A stretch of 64,000 bases of DNA from assembly GCF_006345805.1 (NCBI RefSeq), contig NC_043011.1:51782464-51846463 (forward strand). Reading direction: 5' to 3'. The DNA is from Octopus sinensis. Lineage: Eukaryota. Position 1 is the first letter of the stretch. Each line of letters starts with the position of its first letter. Positions 12,950 through 26,165 of this stretch are shown piece after piece. The notes beneath the pieces were generated by a model. The model was not told the DNA's origin and did not search any database. It was given only the letters and a program-made list of their open reading frames with translations. A program made the translations under genes and the position numbers.

Positions 12950-13450
12950 AGTTTAATGACAAAACTATTAGGGATAACGTGTAGCTTTTCCACATCATTA
13001 ACTACATACATAGAAAACATAGTGAAAGAAACAATATGACACACAAAAATACTTAGAGTAATCATTGGTGCCATATTTAGTGAATGGAAAGAAACAACAA
13101 CTGCAGAGTACAAACAATACATTAAATCCAATATAGATTATGCCAATTCTACCTGAGTGTCCAATATCCCCACAACAATGTAAAAAAAAAAATACAGATC
13201 AATACCCTGATGCTCTGTACAGGAAACACCAACATACCATTTGCTCTATGAAATAAAAGTACTAAAAATGAAAGACCAGCTGAACATGTGAGGAGTTTGC
13301 TCCTTCAGTCATTGTTCCTACATGAAAAACTATCACCAAATACTCAGATACATATATTCCACCCCAGAGCACCATGTGACAGCATCCTAAAAATGCTAAC
13401 TCTTCCGAGCAGCCCAGATAAACATATAAAAAAAGCTACATGCAAAGTTG
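12950..13450 (+). pseudogene. Decayed LINE reverse transcriptase C-terminal region (I/Ingi-like)
   Basis: KLLGIT followed by IIGAIFSEWKETTTAEYKQYIKSNIDYANST*VSNI resembles the post-RT ...KETL..YK..IRS.LDYA...W.PN motif of I-group LINEs; multiple stops and frameshifts. Confidence 0.55.
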
Positions 13451-13859
13451 CAATATCAATGGTTTCCATGATTGCAAATACTTTGTTGAGATGCAGCACA
13501 GCACCATCGATAAAGTACACCAGAGCAGTAACTATCTCACTCTAATTGAGTTCACCTTGCTTGCCTCAGCTTTGGCAAACATCAGAATCAACAAGTGTAC
13601 AGAAATAGATTGGATCGAGGTGAGAGTGTAAATATGTCCAGATTGTGGTATTGCAACTCTATGATTCATCAATGCAAGTCAGAGTGTGCATTATGGTCCT
13701 CGGTTAAATGGGGGTGTGGTATAGCTGGAAATATCAATCTGTGAGACCTGCCTTGCCATTTGGTTTGCATGCCATAAGATTGCTCAATCAATTTGACTGG
13801 GGTTTCACAACAACCTATCTTCAGAGTCAGCATTCCCTGCCACTTTCTCAATATCACTC

Positions 13860-14281
13860 TATATACTTCCAACACTCAGATTTTCACTCACTCACTCTCT
13901 CTCTCACTCCTCCTGTCTCTCACTCCCTCTCTCTCTCTCTCACTCCTTCTCTCTCAATCTTCGTCTCTCACTCTCTCTCTCTCTCTCTCACTCCCCTGTC
14001 ACTCACTCCCTCTCTCTCTCAATCTCCGTCTCTCACTCTCTCTCTCTCTCTCTCTACCTACTTCCAACACTCACATTATGACTCTCTCTTTCAATACACT
14101 ATCTATCTACTTAACACACACTCATATTCTCTCTCTCTCTCTCTTTCTCTCTTTCTGTCCTCCTCTCTTTCTCCAGCTACATCTTACACTCACATCTTCA
14201 CTCTTTCAAAATCACTTTCCAACAGCTTCTTATACACACATTCTCCTCAACCCATTCCCACCACACAACACACACAACACA

Positions 14282-14320
<39 letters not shown>

Positions 14321-14925
14321 CACACACACATACATGTGAGTATAGACCAACAGCTTCTTACACACACACATTCTCCTGCTCACTCTCTCTCTCTCTACTA
14401 CTTCCATCACTCACATTCTCCTCAACCCATTCCCACCATACACACACACATACACACACACACATATATATATATACACACACACATACATATGAGTATA
14501 GATACATAAACACATGCATGCACCACACAACAGATCAGATAACTTTTCTTCACCAATGCTCACTCATCTGCAGGTGGTTAATGTTCTGGTTGAATCACAA
14601 GCAACAAATAGAAAGACAGCCAACAAAAAGCCAGTTACAAAGAGTGGAATTTCAATAATGAAGTTGTGCCATATTGAGAGAGGGAAAAAGAGAGAGGGAG
14701 ATGAAGAGAGGGAGATGAAGAGAGGGAAGCAAAGTGAGTGAGAGAATAAGAGAATAAGAGAACAATAATGGAAGCTGAAAACAATTGATGACCTAAGGGA
14801 CATGCATTAGATCTTCTCCACCATAAAATCTCTATTGAAACACTAATCAGTGTATATATATATATATATATATATATGCGTATGTGTGTGTGTGTCTATG
14901 TATGTATGTGTGTGCATATATATAT

Positions 14926-14973
<48 letters not shown>

Positions 14974-15016
14974 TATGTGTGTGTCTATGTATGTATGTGT
15001 GTGCATATATATATAC

Positions 15017-15071
<55 letters not shown>

Positions 15072-15157
15072 TATGTGTGTGTGTGTCTATGTATGTATGT
15101 GTGTGCATATATATATATATATATGCGTATGTGTGTGTGTGTCTATGTATGCGTATG

Positions 15158-15208
<51 letters not shown>

Positions 15209-16729
15209 GTTGGTATATGTGTGAGTGAGCATATGTGTGTGTGTGTGTGTCTTATGTGAGTCCATATATTTCAAAGTGAGTATATATCTGTACATACACA
15301 CACACACACACACACACCACACACACACACACATATATATATATATACACACACACATACATGTGAGTATAGACCAACAGCTTCTTACACACACACATTC
15401 TCCTGCTCACTCTCTCTCTCTCTACTACTTCCATCACTCACATTCTCCTCAACCCATTCCCACCATACACACACACACACACATACACACACATATATAT
15501 ATATATATATACACACACACATACATATGAGTATAGATACATAAACACATGCATGCACCACACAACAGATCAGATAACTTTTCTTCACCAATGCTCACTC
15601 ATCTGCAGGTGGTTAATGTTCTGGTTGAATCACAAGCAACAAATAGAAAGACAGCCAACAAAAAGCCAGTTACAAAGAGTGGAATTTCAATAATGAAGTT
15701 GTGCCATATTGAGAGAGGGAAAAAGAGAGAGGGAGATGAAGAGAGGGAGATGAAGAGAGGGAAGCAAAGTGAGTGAGAGAATAAGAGAATAAGAGAACAA
15801 TAATGGAAGCTGAAAACAATTGATGACCTAAGGGACATGCATTAGATCTTCTCCACCATAAATATCTCTATTGAAACAACTAATCAGTGTATATATATAT
15901 ATATATATATATATGCGTATGTGTGTGTGTCTATGTATGTATGTGTGTGCATATATATATATGTATATATATATATTATGTATATATATATATATGCGTA
16001 TGTGTGCGTGTGTCTATGTATGTATGTGTGTGCATATATATATATGTATATATATGTATATATATCTCTATATATAATATATATATATATATATGCGTAT
16101 GTGTGTGTGTATGTCTATGTATGTATGTGTGTGCATATATATATGTATATATGTTGGTATATGTGTGAGTGAGTATATGTGTGTGTGTGTGTGTGTGTGT
16201 TTCTGTGTGAGTCCATATTAGAGTATATATCTGTACAACGTGAGTATATATCTGTACATACACACACACATGAACATGTGAATATACACATACACACAAA
16301 TATATATGTATGTATGTATATGTGTCTTTGTGCAAGAGAAAATAAGTATGATGTGTGTGTGTGTATGGATGTAAATGGTAGAAAAGAAGGAGAAAAGCAA
16401 GCAGGACTGACATTTTCACCATCTTCTCCACTAGAAGCAATTTAAACAGATTTGTCTTTATTATATTTTTATCTCTTAATGTAAAATTGCATGAATATAC
16501 ATACACATGCATAAGAACAAATACACATACATTTACACTCATATATGTGAGTGTGTGTGTGTGTATTATATATATATATATATATATATGTGGATATGTA
16601 TATATATATATATTATATATATATATATATATATGTGGATATGTATATATACATATATATATATCATATACACATATATGTGTATGTGTATGTATATATA
16701 TATATTCATATATAGATATATATGTATGC

Positions 16730-16774
<45 letters not shown>

Positions 16775-16863
16775 TATACACATATATATGTATGTGTGCA
16801 CATATGTAGATATATATATATTCATATACACATATATATTCATATACACATATATGTATGTGC

Positions 16864-16907
<44 letters not shown>

Positions 16908-16929
16908 TATTCATATACACATATATGTA

Positions 16930-16978
<49 letters not shown>

Positions 16979-17230
16979 ATGTGTGTGGTGTGTGTGTATA
17001 TATATATATTCATATATTATATATATGCATACATATATTCGTATATTATATATATGCATACATATATTCATATATATATATATGATGCTATATATATATA
17101 TATATATGCACACACACATGTGCATTGCTACTTACAGAAACTCATGTCATCATAAGAAAACAGACAGATGAATGCTAATATGGTTAACAGTAATTATGTG
17201 TATATACATGTAAACACACACAAACACACA
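13860..17230. repeat. Large (CT)/(CA)/(TA)/(TG) microsatellite mosaic
   Basis: Visible low-complexity DNA; explains the 200-300 aa SL/HT/YI ORFs. Confidence 0.95.
14290..16270. repeat. About 1.03-kb tandem duplication
   Basis: The unique block 14514-14850 recurs at 15549-15890 (offset 1035) and gives identical ORFs in the track. Confidence 0.92.
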
Positions 17231-17999
17231 CACACTTGCATGCAGACACACATGCATGCAGACACACATGCATGCATACTTATACTTTTTATAGATTGAT
17301 ATTCATATTTTTGTGCATGTTCATGTTTGCACATGTAAGTACATACAAGAGCCTCTGCGTACATATGTGCACACAAGTAAATGTGGAATTGCAACAACCA
17401 GCTTCCATAACTCTCCGACAGCCTTCAGGGATTGACCATTGTCTGAGAGTACGATTGTGTTGCATAAAAACAGAACTGCAACACTAATTACCAGAGCCAT
17501 GACCCACTGTTGCATCAATTCACTATGCTTCACAACAAGAGCTGAAAGTGGACTTTCCATAAAGGCAAATTACTTACTGTACCACACTTCACCCTCACTA
17601 CGAATATGAACAACACCACTACTACCACCACTGACAACAGTTCAGTAATGTTCCTGCTTCCAAGAGGTGCCAGATGGAATGACTAAACTCTTATATGAAT
17701 GGTACCTGTAGTTGATATGGAAATATTTGAGCATTGGTATATTTTCATTTCTGTGATGTCGCAAAGAGGAAAATGTCTCAAATTGAGTCATTCACAGCCC
17801 TTCGAGATTGGTGAGATCCATCTGGTTTATATTCAACTTGAAAATCTGTAAGTTAACACATGCAAAGAAAATGTGAGCAGGAAAATGAATTCAAAAGGTT
17901 GGCATTGTGGAGACAAAGGGGTAGGTGAAGTGGTTAGTGGGAAGGGTGATGTTGAGCAATGAGACACCATAGAAGTGATAAGAGATAGAAGAGGAAAAG

Positions 18000-18520
18000 A
18001 AAACCTGGAGTAGGCTTAGGTGGAGGTCATATAAAATCAAGGTGCAAACTAATATTAAACCAAACCTTAAAACAGAACATCCATATACAAAAAGAACCTT
18101 GATTAGTCACAAAATAACTTCAACTATCACAGTTGTGATCTGAAGATGACATGTCTGTTTACTATTTTCCTTACACACCCGATTGAATCCTAAAGACCAT
18201 AATTCCACTATCAAACCAGAATAACCATCTCCATCATCATTTTCTTTTAACCTTATAAACACATACTTTCTTCCTAACTTTCCTCATTTCTCTCTTTTCT
18301 CTACAACCACTTTTCCTGTCTACCTATATCACACCTAATTCTCTTTCACAGTACTACCAAAAAGTATATAAAACCAAATTGATTGAAGTAAACCACAGTC
18401 TGATGATGGATGGTAAGCCAAAACTTCAAAGTCACTGTCAACATCTGCCTTGTAAATATCAATAGATATGAACTAATATCTACTTGCTATATAAAAATAA
18501 TGGAACAGATCTAAGTACTC
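18000..18520 (+). mobile_element. PLE-1 Penelope-like remnant
   Basis: Pyrimidine-rich UTR-like stretch followed by a hammerhead-like motif, an arrangement typical of Penelope-like pseudo-LTRs; no clear ORF. Confidence 0.45.
18395..18438 (+). ncRNA. Type I hammerhead-ribozyme-like motif (degenerate)
   Basis: ACAGT-CTGATGA-T-GG(ATGGTAAG)CC-AAAAC-TTCAAA-GTC^ACTGT: 5-bp stem I, GUC cleavage triplet, A instead of G12 at 18420. Confidence 0.65.
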
Positions 18521-18734
18521 TCCCACACTACAGTACATTAAGCAATACTACACAATACAACACAACACTATACTACACAAAGCCAAACTACACTAATATA
18601 AAAAAGAAATACTGATTTCAATCACTGGCATAAAACCACCAATAATAACCACCACTACTATGACAATACTCTAAAGTGCACTGTATTAAGTGTAATAACT
18701 TATTTTGCCCTGAGGAAGTGTATATATGTCAGTG

Positions 18735-19130
18735 ATATACAAATGGTAGATTCTAGAGGGGCTGGCTCCAAACTTTAGCATCAAACAGGATGCCACTGCA
18801 TTGATCCAAAGATCCCACCAATCCCATTTTGAGTACAGTGCAGGTACTGCAACAACTTGGTAGTCAAAGGCCCACAGCTATTCAATATCTCACAAAAAAA
18901 AAAACCTGTGAAATCTACATGGAATGGATTTAGATGTTTTCAAGAAGCACCTGGACTATTTGCTGTTCAAGATCTCTGATGAACCTACAACACAACAGAG
19001 AGCAGCGATGTTAAGCTCCCTCCTTTACCAAAAGCCAAACCACATGAGAATGGCCATTGAAAAGGTGACAATACTAGTGGTGCCCCAGCATGCAAACAGC
19101 CTTTGGATTGAAGCACATAAAATAATAAAT
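18735..19130 (+). mobile_element. CR1-group LINE 3' end (decayed)
   Basis: CHCIDPKIP..RYCNNLVVKGPQLFN..MDLDVFKKHLDYLLFKISDEPTTQQRAA; same family as 43485-43846; ends GGTGCCCCAGCATG..GATTGAAGCACATAAAATAA. Confidence 0.75.
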
Positions 19131-19304
19131 TAATTTATACATATATGAGGTGTGTTCAAAAATTATCCAACTTTATTTTTTCCTGCCAAATTATAGGTCA
19201 GCTTAATCAAGGCAACTGATATGGAGCTCAACAGCACCATACTATAATATCAAAATACAGGATACTACATTTTCGCATTACAACGTACTATGTGTATCGT
19301 ATGG

Positions 19305-19495
19305 GCAGCAGTGACTGTGTGGTTAAGAAGTTTGCTGGCAAATCAGGTGGTATTAAATTCCATCCCACTGCACAGCACTTCTGACAACTGTTTTGGACAA
19401 GTATAGAATGTTATTACTAAAATAACCCCCAGCCAATCAAACCCTTGTGAGTGGATTTGATAGATGGAAATTCAAAGAATCCTGTCATATATATC
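19305..19495 (+). mobile_element. SINE-B head half (old)
   Basis: GTGACTGTGTGGTTAAGAAG...CCTTGTGAGTGGATTTGATAGATGGAAATTCAAAGAA. Confidence 0.75.
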
Positions 19496-19509
19496 TCTCT
19501 CTTTCTCTT

Positions 19510-19908
19510 TTCTCTTTTACTTGTTTCAGTCATATGACTGCGGCCATGCTGGAGCACCGCCTTTAGTCGAGCAAATCGACCCCGGGACTTATTCTTTGTA
19601 AGCCCAGTACTTATTCTATCGGTCTCTTTTGCTGAATCGCTAAGTGACGGGGACGTAAACACACCAGCATCAGTTGTCAAGCAATGCTAGGGGGACAAAC
19701 ACAGACACACAAACACACACACACATACATACATATATATACATATATACGACAGGCTTCTTTCAGTTTCCGTCTACCAAATCCACTCACAAGGCATTGG
19801 TCGGCGCGGGGCTATAGCAGAAGACACTTGCCCAAGATGCCACGCAGTGGGACTGAACCCGGAACCATGTGGTTGGTTAGCAAGCTACTTACCACACAGC
19901 CACTCCTG
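19510..19908 (-). mobile_element. SINE-B1, full length (tRNA head, CORE-like box, central microsatellite, CR1-type tail)
   Basis: Head GGAGTGGCTGTGTGG...GGTTCAGTCCC; CORE-like CTTGGGCAAGTGTCTT; tail GGTGCTCCAGCATGGCCGCAGTCATATGACTGAAACAAGTAAAAGAG. Confidence 0.92.
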
Positions 19909-19959
19909 TGTGGTAAGTATATATATATAAATATGTGCATGTCTATATATATATACCCT

Positions 19960-20205
19960 TGTCTAGACATCATGTGATGGCTGTGAATGAGCATCATCAT
20001 CATACAAGCAGGATGGTTCATTTCCAATCTTGTGAGCAAAAAGATATGTTTGGTCATGGGAAAATATTACCCTGCTAGGCAGCAGTTGAAGATTGGTGAC
20101 AGGAAGCACATCCAGCTGTATAAAATCTTCCACAATAAATTCCATCTGACTCATGCCAGTATGGAAAAGAGAACAATGTTAAATGATAATGATGAGGATG
20201 ATATA
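19960..20205 (+). mobile_element. RTE-tailed SINE 3' half (B2 type)
   Basis: CATGGGAAAATATTACC...GGAAGCACATCCAGCTGTA...CATGCCAGTATGGAAAAG...ATGATAATGATGA; similar halves at 40010-40255(+), 60040-60130(+) and 62960-63200(-). Confidence 0.7.
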
Positions 20206-20703
20206 TATATATATATATAATATATATACATACTTCTTTCTACACCACAATATACTATATAACACAGTGTGAAACTAAAACTGTTACACTAACAACAACA
20301 CCGACTCAATAAAAACTATAATATCTCAAGGCTGCCATACCTCAATATTTCATCTATTGCTGTTTTCCAAAAAAAGAAAATAAATAAATGAAAAAAAAAA
20401 AGAAGCTATTTATGAGAACAGCATCGACAAGAACAACAACAATAGCAATACTTTGGCTATGAACACAACCAAGATTTGTTCACTGTTGTACATCTTCACC
20501 ACACAAATTAAATTAGCAAGATATATTGCATGGATTATTAATAATCTATAACCTTTGGTATTCTCGAGGAACCTATTTTAGTAATAACATTCTATACTTG
20601 TATTTCTGGAACATCTCTTTGTGTTTGGAATTGGTCACAGTTTTAAAGAGACGGGGCATGATTTCATACATCACCTCTCTACATATATATGTGCGTATGT
20701 ATG

Positions 20704-20737
<34 letters not shown>

Positions 20738-20779
20738 AATATATATATTATATATATATATATATATATAATATATATA

Positions 20780-20816
<37 letters not shown>

Positions 20817-21584
20817 ATGTATGTAGGTATGCGTACATACACGTAATTACAAGTAAACATGCATAAACACTGATATGTATACACACATAAATAGATACCT
20901 ATTCCACAATGTATAGATTATGTGTGTGTGTGTGTATATGTGTGTGCATACGCATGCATGTGAACATGTATATGATTCATCTGTCTCTGAAGAGTATATA
21001 TATATATGCACACTCATGTAAACAGGTATATACATACATGTATATAGATACACATATGTATATAATAAATAGATATATATACATATAAATATGAGTGTGT
21101 GTGTGTTATACATACATATACAGAGAAATCTCAAAAGTATAACTTATCATTTTTGCAAGATTTATTTTTAGAAAGAAAATAAAGTCACTTGATGCATTTA
21201 AATACTTAATCTAGTACTTAGTAGACATGCTTTCTACATAATACATTAACAAACCTGAAGCACTAGCTAGTGTCCACACAGGTAAAACAGTATAATGAGG
21301 AGTGTCTATTTACTTTTAAGATGTCTGTGTGTATATATATTTATATATCTATATCTATCTATCTACCTATCCTCCTATATTCAGCTATGTAACCACACGC
21401 ATGTTTTTCTTGGACATTATTTTCTTTCTGACAGAAACATGCTCAAGATGTTATACACCCACTCCTTTGCCAGCTAATACTGAGCATCAAGCTAATATAT
21501 TTTATGTGTACGTTCTTCCGACTTTTGTCGTTTTGTTTTTTTTGTTAATTTTCGATTTGCCTACATATATATATATATATATAT

Positions 21585-21822
21585 GTGAAGGCGCAATGGC
21601 CCAGTGGTTAGGGCAGTGGACTCGCGGTCGTAGGATCACAGTTTCAATTCCCAGACTGAGGCTCCGGCAGGGGTTGGTGATCCCTGCTGTACTCTTTCAC
21701 CACTCTTTCTTCTGTTGGCCTGCTCGCTTAGCCAGCAGGGTGGCATCATTCAAAGGCTAAAACAATGCAAACGCATTGTGACCAGCGATGTGTAACAACA
21801 TCTGATAGCCTGGTCGGTCACG

Positions 21823-21823
<1 letters not shown>
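21585..21823 (+). mobile_element. SINE-D, tRNA-derived, internally deleted, inserted in (TA)n
   Basis: tRNA-like head GGCGCAATGGCCCAGTGGTTAGGGCAGTGGACTCGCGG...GTTTCAATTCCC; the 3' part matches 63813-63917(-). Confidence 0.8.
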
Positions 21824-21864
<41 letters not shown>

Positions 21865-21869
21865 TAGTA

Positions 21870-22350
21870 ATAACCCTTCGAGTGTTGGGTCCCACAAAGA
21901 CAATGACAAATGACTGAGACCTTCAGCAATATGCTGTATTTGAGAAGACTCATCAAGCCAAGTGAAAATGCAGTCATCGCAAATACTAAGGCCATGCAAC
22001 TGGCACCTGTGCCAGTGGCATGTAAAAGCACCTGTGCCAGTGACATGTAACAGCACCCATTACACTCTCAGAGTGGTTGACGCTAGGAAGGGCATCCAGC
22101 TGTAGAAACCATGCCAAATCAGAATGGAGTCTGGTGCAGCCCCTCAGCTTACCAGCCCAGGTCAAACCATCCAACCTATGCCAGCATGGACAATGGATGT
22201 TAAATGATGATGATGAAAGGGCATCCAACAATAGAAGCCATGCTAAAACAGACACCGGAGCCTGGTGCAGCCCTCTGGCTTGCCAGTTCCTGTCAAATCA
22301 TCCAACTCATGTGAGAATGGAAAACAGACGTTAAATGATGATGATGATAT
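21870..22350 (+). mobile_element. RTE LINE 3' end plus a second tail inserted in its (GAT)n
   Basis: LRVLGPTKTMTND*DLQQYAVFEKTHQAK*; UTR with AGGAAGGGCATCCAGCTGTAGAAAC and CCATCCAACCTATGCCAGCATGG...AAATGATGATGATG; a second tail spans 22215-22350. Confidence 0.8.
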
Positions 22351-22429
22351 ACATACATTCATACATACATACATTTCTCTCTATATATATATGCACATAT
22401 ATAGAAACATACCTACACATATATGTCAT

Positions 22430-22795
22430 CATCATCATCATCTCCATAATCATTTTAATGTCTACTTTTCTATGCTAGCATGAGTTGGATGTAATTTGAT
22501 GAGGCAGATTTTCCGCAGCAGGACAGCCTTTCTCCCAACAACCCTTCTGTTTCCAAGTGAACTAATATTTGCCCCAAAGTTATCAATAAAAGTGTGTAAA
22601 CAATGGGTTAAAAAAACACATGCACACATTTGTGGCAGGCTTCTTCCAGTTTCTGTTGACCAAATATAGTCACAAGGCTTTGATTGGCTCTGAGCTATAG
22701 TAGAAGACACTTGCCCAACATATCATGCAGTGAAACTGAACCTGAAACTATAGGATTGCAAATCAAACTTCTTAACCACGCAGCCACACCTGCTC
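22430..22795 (-). mobile_element. SINE-B2 (SINE-B head plus RTE-type tail)
   Basis: Head at 22625-22795; RTE-type (CAT)n tail at 22430-22600. Confidence 0.75.
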
Positions 22796-23508
22796 AAACA
22801 CACACACACACACAGAAGAGAGAGAGAAAGAGAGATAGATAGATATATAAGCATATAATATATATATATATATATATACACACATACACATCTATATGCA
22901 AACATGCATATACATATGTACAAATATGCATAATACGATATATGCTAAGTATACTTGTGGCATAAAAATGACAACATTCTGAGAAGAAAACTAGTATTAA
23001 AAAAATGCATTGACAGAACATGCATTGCATATATTTGATGCAGACTTGTTACAACTTCACATATGACCAGGCTAGGTTCTAATCAAAGTTCATGTTCCAA
23101 AAGTAGTATATTTTGTCAATAATCAATGGAGCATGCATTCTATACACATATAAATATCATTATGACCATAAAGCTGTGTCAGCGGAACATATACATCACA
23201 ATATAGAAATTTTATTCAATATATGGTCACTGCATATATTACATGTAATACATATGATTAATATAAATGGCTGTGTAGAATATGTTACAATTTTCATGAA
23301 CTAAAATATATATATTTGCAATACACACATGCATGCACACACACACACACACATCCATATGTTTATCTTGTGTCGGTACAGGCATAACTGTGTGGTTAAG
23401 AAACACACTTCCCAATCTGTGGTTTTGGGTTCAATCCCACTGTATGACTCTTTAGGCAAGTGTCTTCTACTATAGCTCTGGATTGACAAAAGTGTTTTGC
23501 ATAAATTT

Positions 23509-23850
23509 CCTGAGTAGAAACCATGCTGGGTGTCAGGGAGTAAGTCATTATCTTCTAGGAATATGATCAGTTTCTTCCGGACAATTCATTCCATGACTTT
23601 GCTGACATGTGAGATTACAGAGGCAGGCCTATAATTTTTTGCATTTGCTCTACTTCCTCCTTTATGAAGAGGACATATTTTGCCCTTCTTTAACTTTCTG
23701 GCAAGTCTACAACTTGCAAGGAAGCACTGGAGGATCTGCAGTGGTCTTGCTAGAGCTCTAATGCAGTTTTTTTAGGGGGATTACAGGGAATCTATCAGGA
23801 CCAATGGCTGAGTTTAAGTTCACCTCATCAAAGTTTCCTCTATTACAATG
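23509..23850 (-). pseudogene. CR1-group LINE reverse transcriptase N-terminal fragment
   Basis: SAIGPDRFP...GKICPLHKGGSRANAKNYRPASVISHVSKVME*IV...DTQHGF; contains the canonical NYRP and QHGF motifs. Confidence 0.88.
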
Positions 23851-24600
23851 TAATTGATAATTACAATCCTTTTGCATAGAGCTGTGGTGGTGCTGAAGAG
23901 GTCATCAAGCAAATTTATTTGCAAACGTCCCAATGGAGATGAGAAAACACTTTGTATTGTGCACTTAGTATTTCACTTATCCTTTGGGATATGTGTGTAT
24001 GTGTGTATGAGTGTTCATATGTGTGTGTGTTTATGTATGTATGTATAACTATATATGTGTGTATGCATTAGTTTCTTTACCATTGTACTATGAGTCTTAT
24101 CATGCCTCTTGTTAATAAATCATCTACTCATTTTGTGCTTTCACACATGTGAAATAAGTGATCCATTCAAAAAACAGACAAATGTTATTGACAGTAAATG
24201 GCACCCGGCCACAAAACAATGCCCCAAGGACAATAGTTTGAAATAAGAACTGTGTCAATAGCACAATAAAATGCACTTAAAGAGCACACAGTATCAAAAG
24301 CCAACTGGTTCTCTTTGGTGCTGTAGTGCAAGATGGCACGAACTGTGATGACCCACCCGACTCAAACCAATGTGGACAAACAAAATTATTATTATTGAAC
24401 TGGCAAAATTGTTAACATGCTGGACAAAATGCTTGGTGGTATTTCATCCAGCTCTTTATGTTCTGAGTTCAACCTTGCCTTTCATCGTCAATAAAATAAG
24501 TACCAGTTGCATACTGGGTTGATGTCAAAGACTAATCCCCTTCCCCAAAACTTCAGGCTTTGTGTCTACAGTAGAAAGGATTATTATTATTATTATTATT

Positions 24601-25140
24601 GAGTGAGAGAGCAGTGCATGCCATCAAAATGACACGGGGGGATAAAATATACAAAGCTCAGTATACTTATCATGACTACCCGTCTGATAAGTGTACACAA
24701 GGCACATGCATCACAACCACATGTGCACAACATGGTGATCTCATATCAAGACAAACAGCGCATGACCTTGCAGGTGGGATCCAGTTAGAACTTTCCCCCC
24801 ATTCTGTTCAAAAGGTCCCTAAATAAGGGTTGTTTAAGGATGTTGATCAAAACTACCATGTTTCCAAAGCTGAATATTTCAAACCCCAAACAATTCCTCT
24901 CAATACACGATGCTCCTCCACGACCTCAGCTTGTGATCAGAGGTGCACATATCATCAGCCACCAAGGGACATGCTCAACTGATTACATTCAAGCAACTGA
25001 CAAGCATGTTTGTGATATAGAGCAGAATATTTGTTGTAGCCCATCTTTTATACCAAGACAATACAATGTACATAACACTTCCAACCAGTTAAGATCAAAA
25101 GCCAGAAAAGTTAGTTCCTGATACTGCCTTAGGGTATTTA
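24601..25140. mobile_element. Unclassified 540-bp insert bounded by (TTA)n on both sides
   Basis: Relatively GC-rich unique block with sharp ends inside the ATT tail of a SINE-A (24395-24600); no TIRs and no recognisable protein. Confidence 0.55.
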
Positions 25141-25179
25141 TTATTATTATCATTCTTCTTCTTCTTATTATTATTATTA

Positions 25180-25610
25180 TTAAGGTGATGAACTGGCAAA
25201 AGCATTAGCATACCAGGCGAAATGCTTAGCAGTATTTCGTTTGTCTTCATGTTCTGAGTTCAAATTCCATAAAAGTTGACTTTACTTTTCATCCCTTCAG
25301 GGCCAATAAAATAAGTACCAAATTTCAAGCCTTGTGCTTATAGTGGAAAGGATTATTATTATTATTGTTCTTGTTGTTATTACTAAGGTGACAGGCTGTC
25401 AGAAGTTTTAGTATTCTGGGTCAAAATGCTTAGTGGCATTTCATCCATTTTCACATTCTGAGTTCAAATTCTGCTGAGGTCAACTTTGCCTTTCATCCTG
25501 CCAGGGTTGATAAAATATGTACTAGTTGAGCACTTAGGTTGATATAATTGACTTAGCTCCCTCCCCTGAAATTGCTGGCCTTGTGCCAAAATTTGAAACC
25601 GTTATTATTG
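25180..25610 (+). mobile_element. Two tandem SINE-A copies
   Basis: TTCTGAGTTCAAATTC B-box near 25255 and 25460, each with the GCCTTTCATCC-type domain and an ATT tail. Confidence 0.85.
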
Positions 25611-26165
25611 CTATTACTACTAGTATTACTACTATTAACAATGATATTATTTGGATGGAGGGTAGCAGAATTGATAGAATATTGAATAAACTGCCTCGTA
25701 GCATAGTATTTAGTTATGTTTCTTTATATTTTAAATTCAAATACTGCTGAAGTTGACACAAAACAAAACAAATATCTTAGATCAATATAATTCACTGTTC
25801 TCTCCGCCAAGAAATTGTAACAATGTGCCAATATTTGTAGACGCAGCCACAGGTGCCACTACCACCACCACAACAACCATTAGATAAATTCAATCAATCA
25901 AGAATGTATATTGTATGGTATTTAATAAACCTTTATTCATTTTTATTGTTTAAATACATGCCACAGGCAACTGAGTTAATTCTGTAAGCTCATTTTTACT
26001 TATTTATATATGTGTAGTATATGGCTTTGATTTGAGTAATGGACAAGCAGCCTAGGTTGGTTATTATTTGCCCACACACATAGAAAAGACACATTGGATC
26101 AGATTGTATTTGTGCTGTCTAAGAAAATCAGTTGCTCTTCTTCTGAGTAGGCAACTGAGTAATTA

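Noticed and set aside
13708-17155. Long ORFs of 200-316 aa
   Set aside because: Translations of stop-free dinucleotide repeats (SL, HT, YI, CV); no domain content.
19143-19190. Solitary mariner-like terminus TATGAGGTGTGTTCAAAAA
   Set aside because: No partner TIR or transposase sequence nearby; too short to call.
21585-21660. tRNA gene
   Set aside because: The cloverleaf is incomplete and continues into SINE body sequence; it is a SINE head, as are the other B-box hits.
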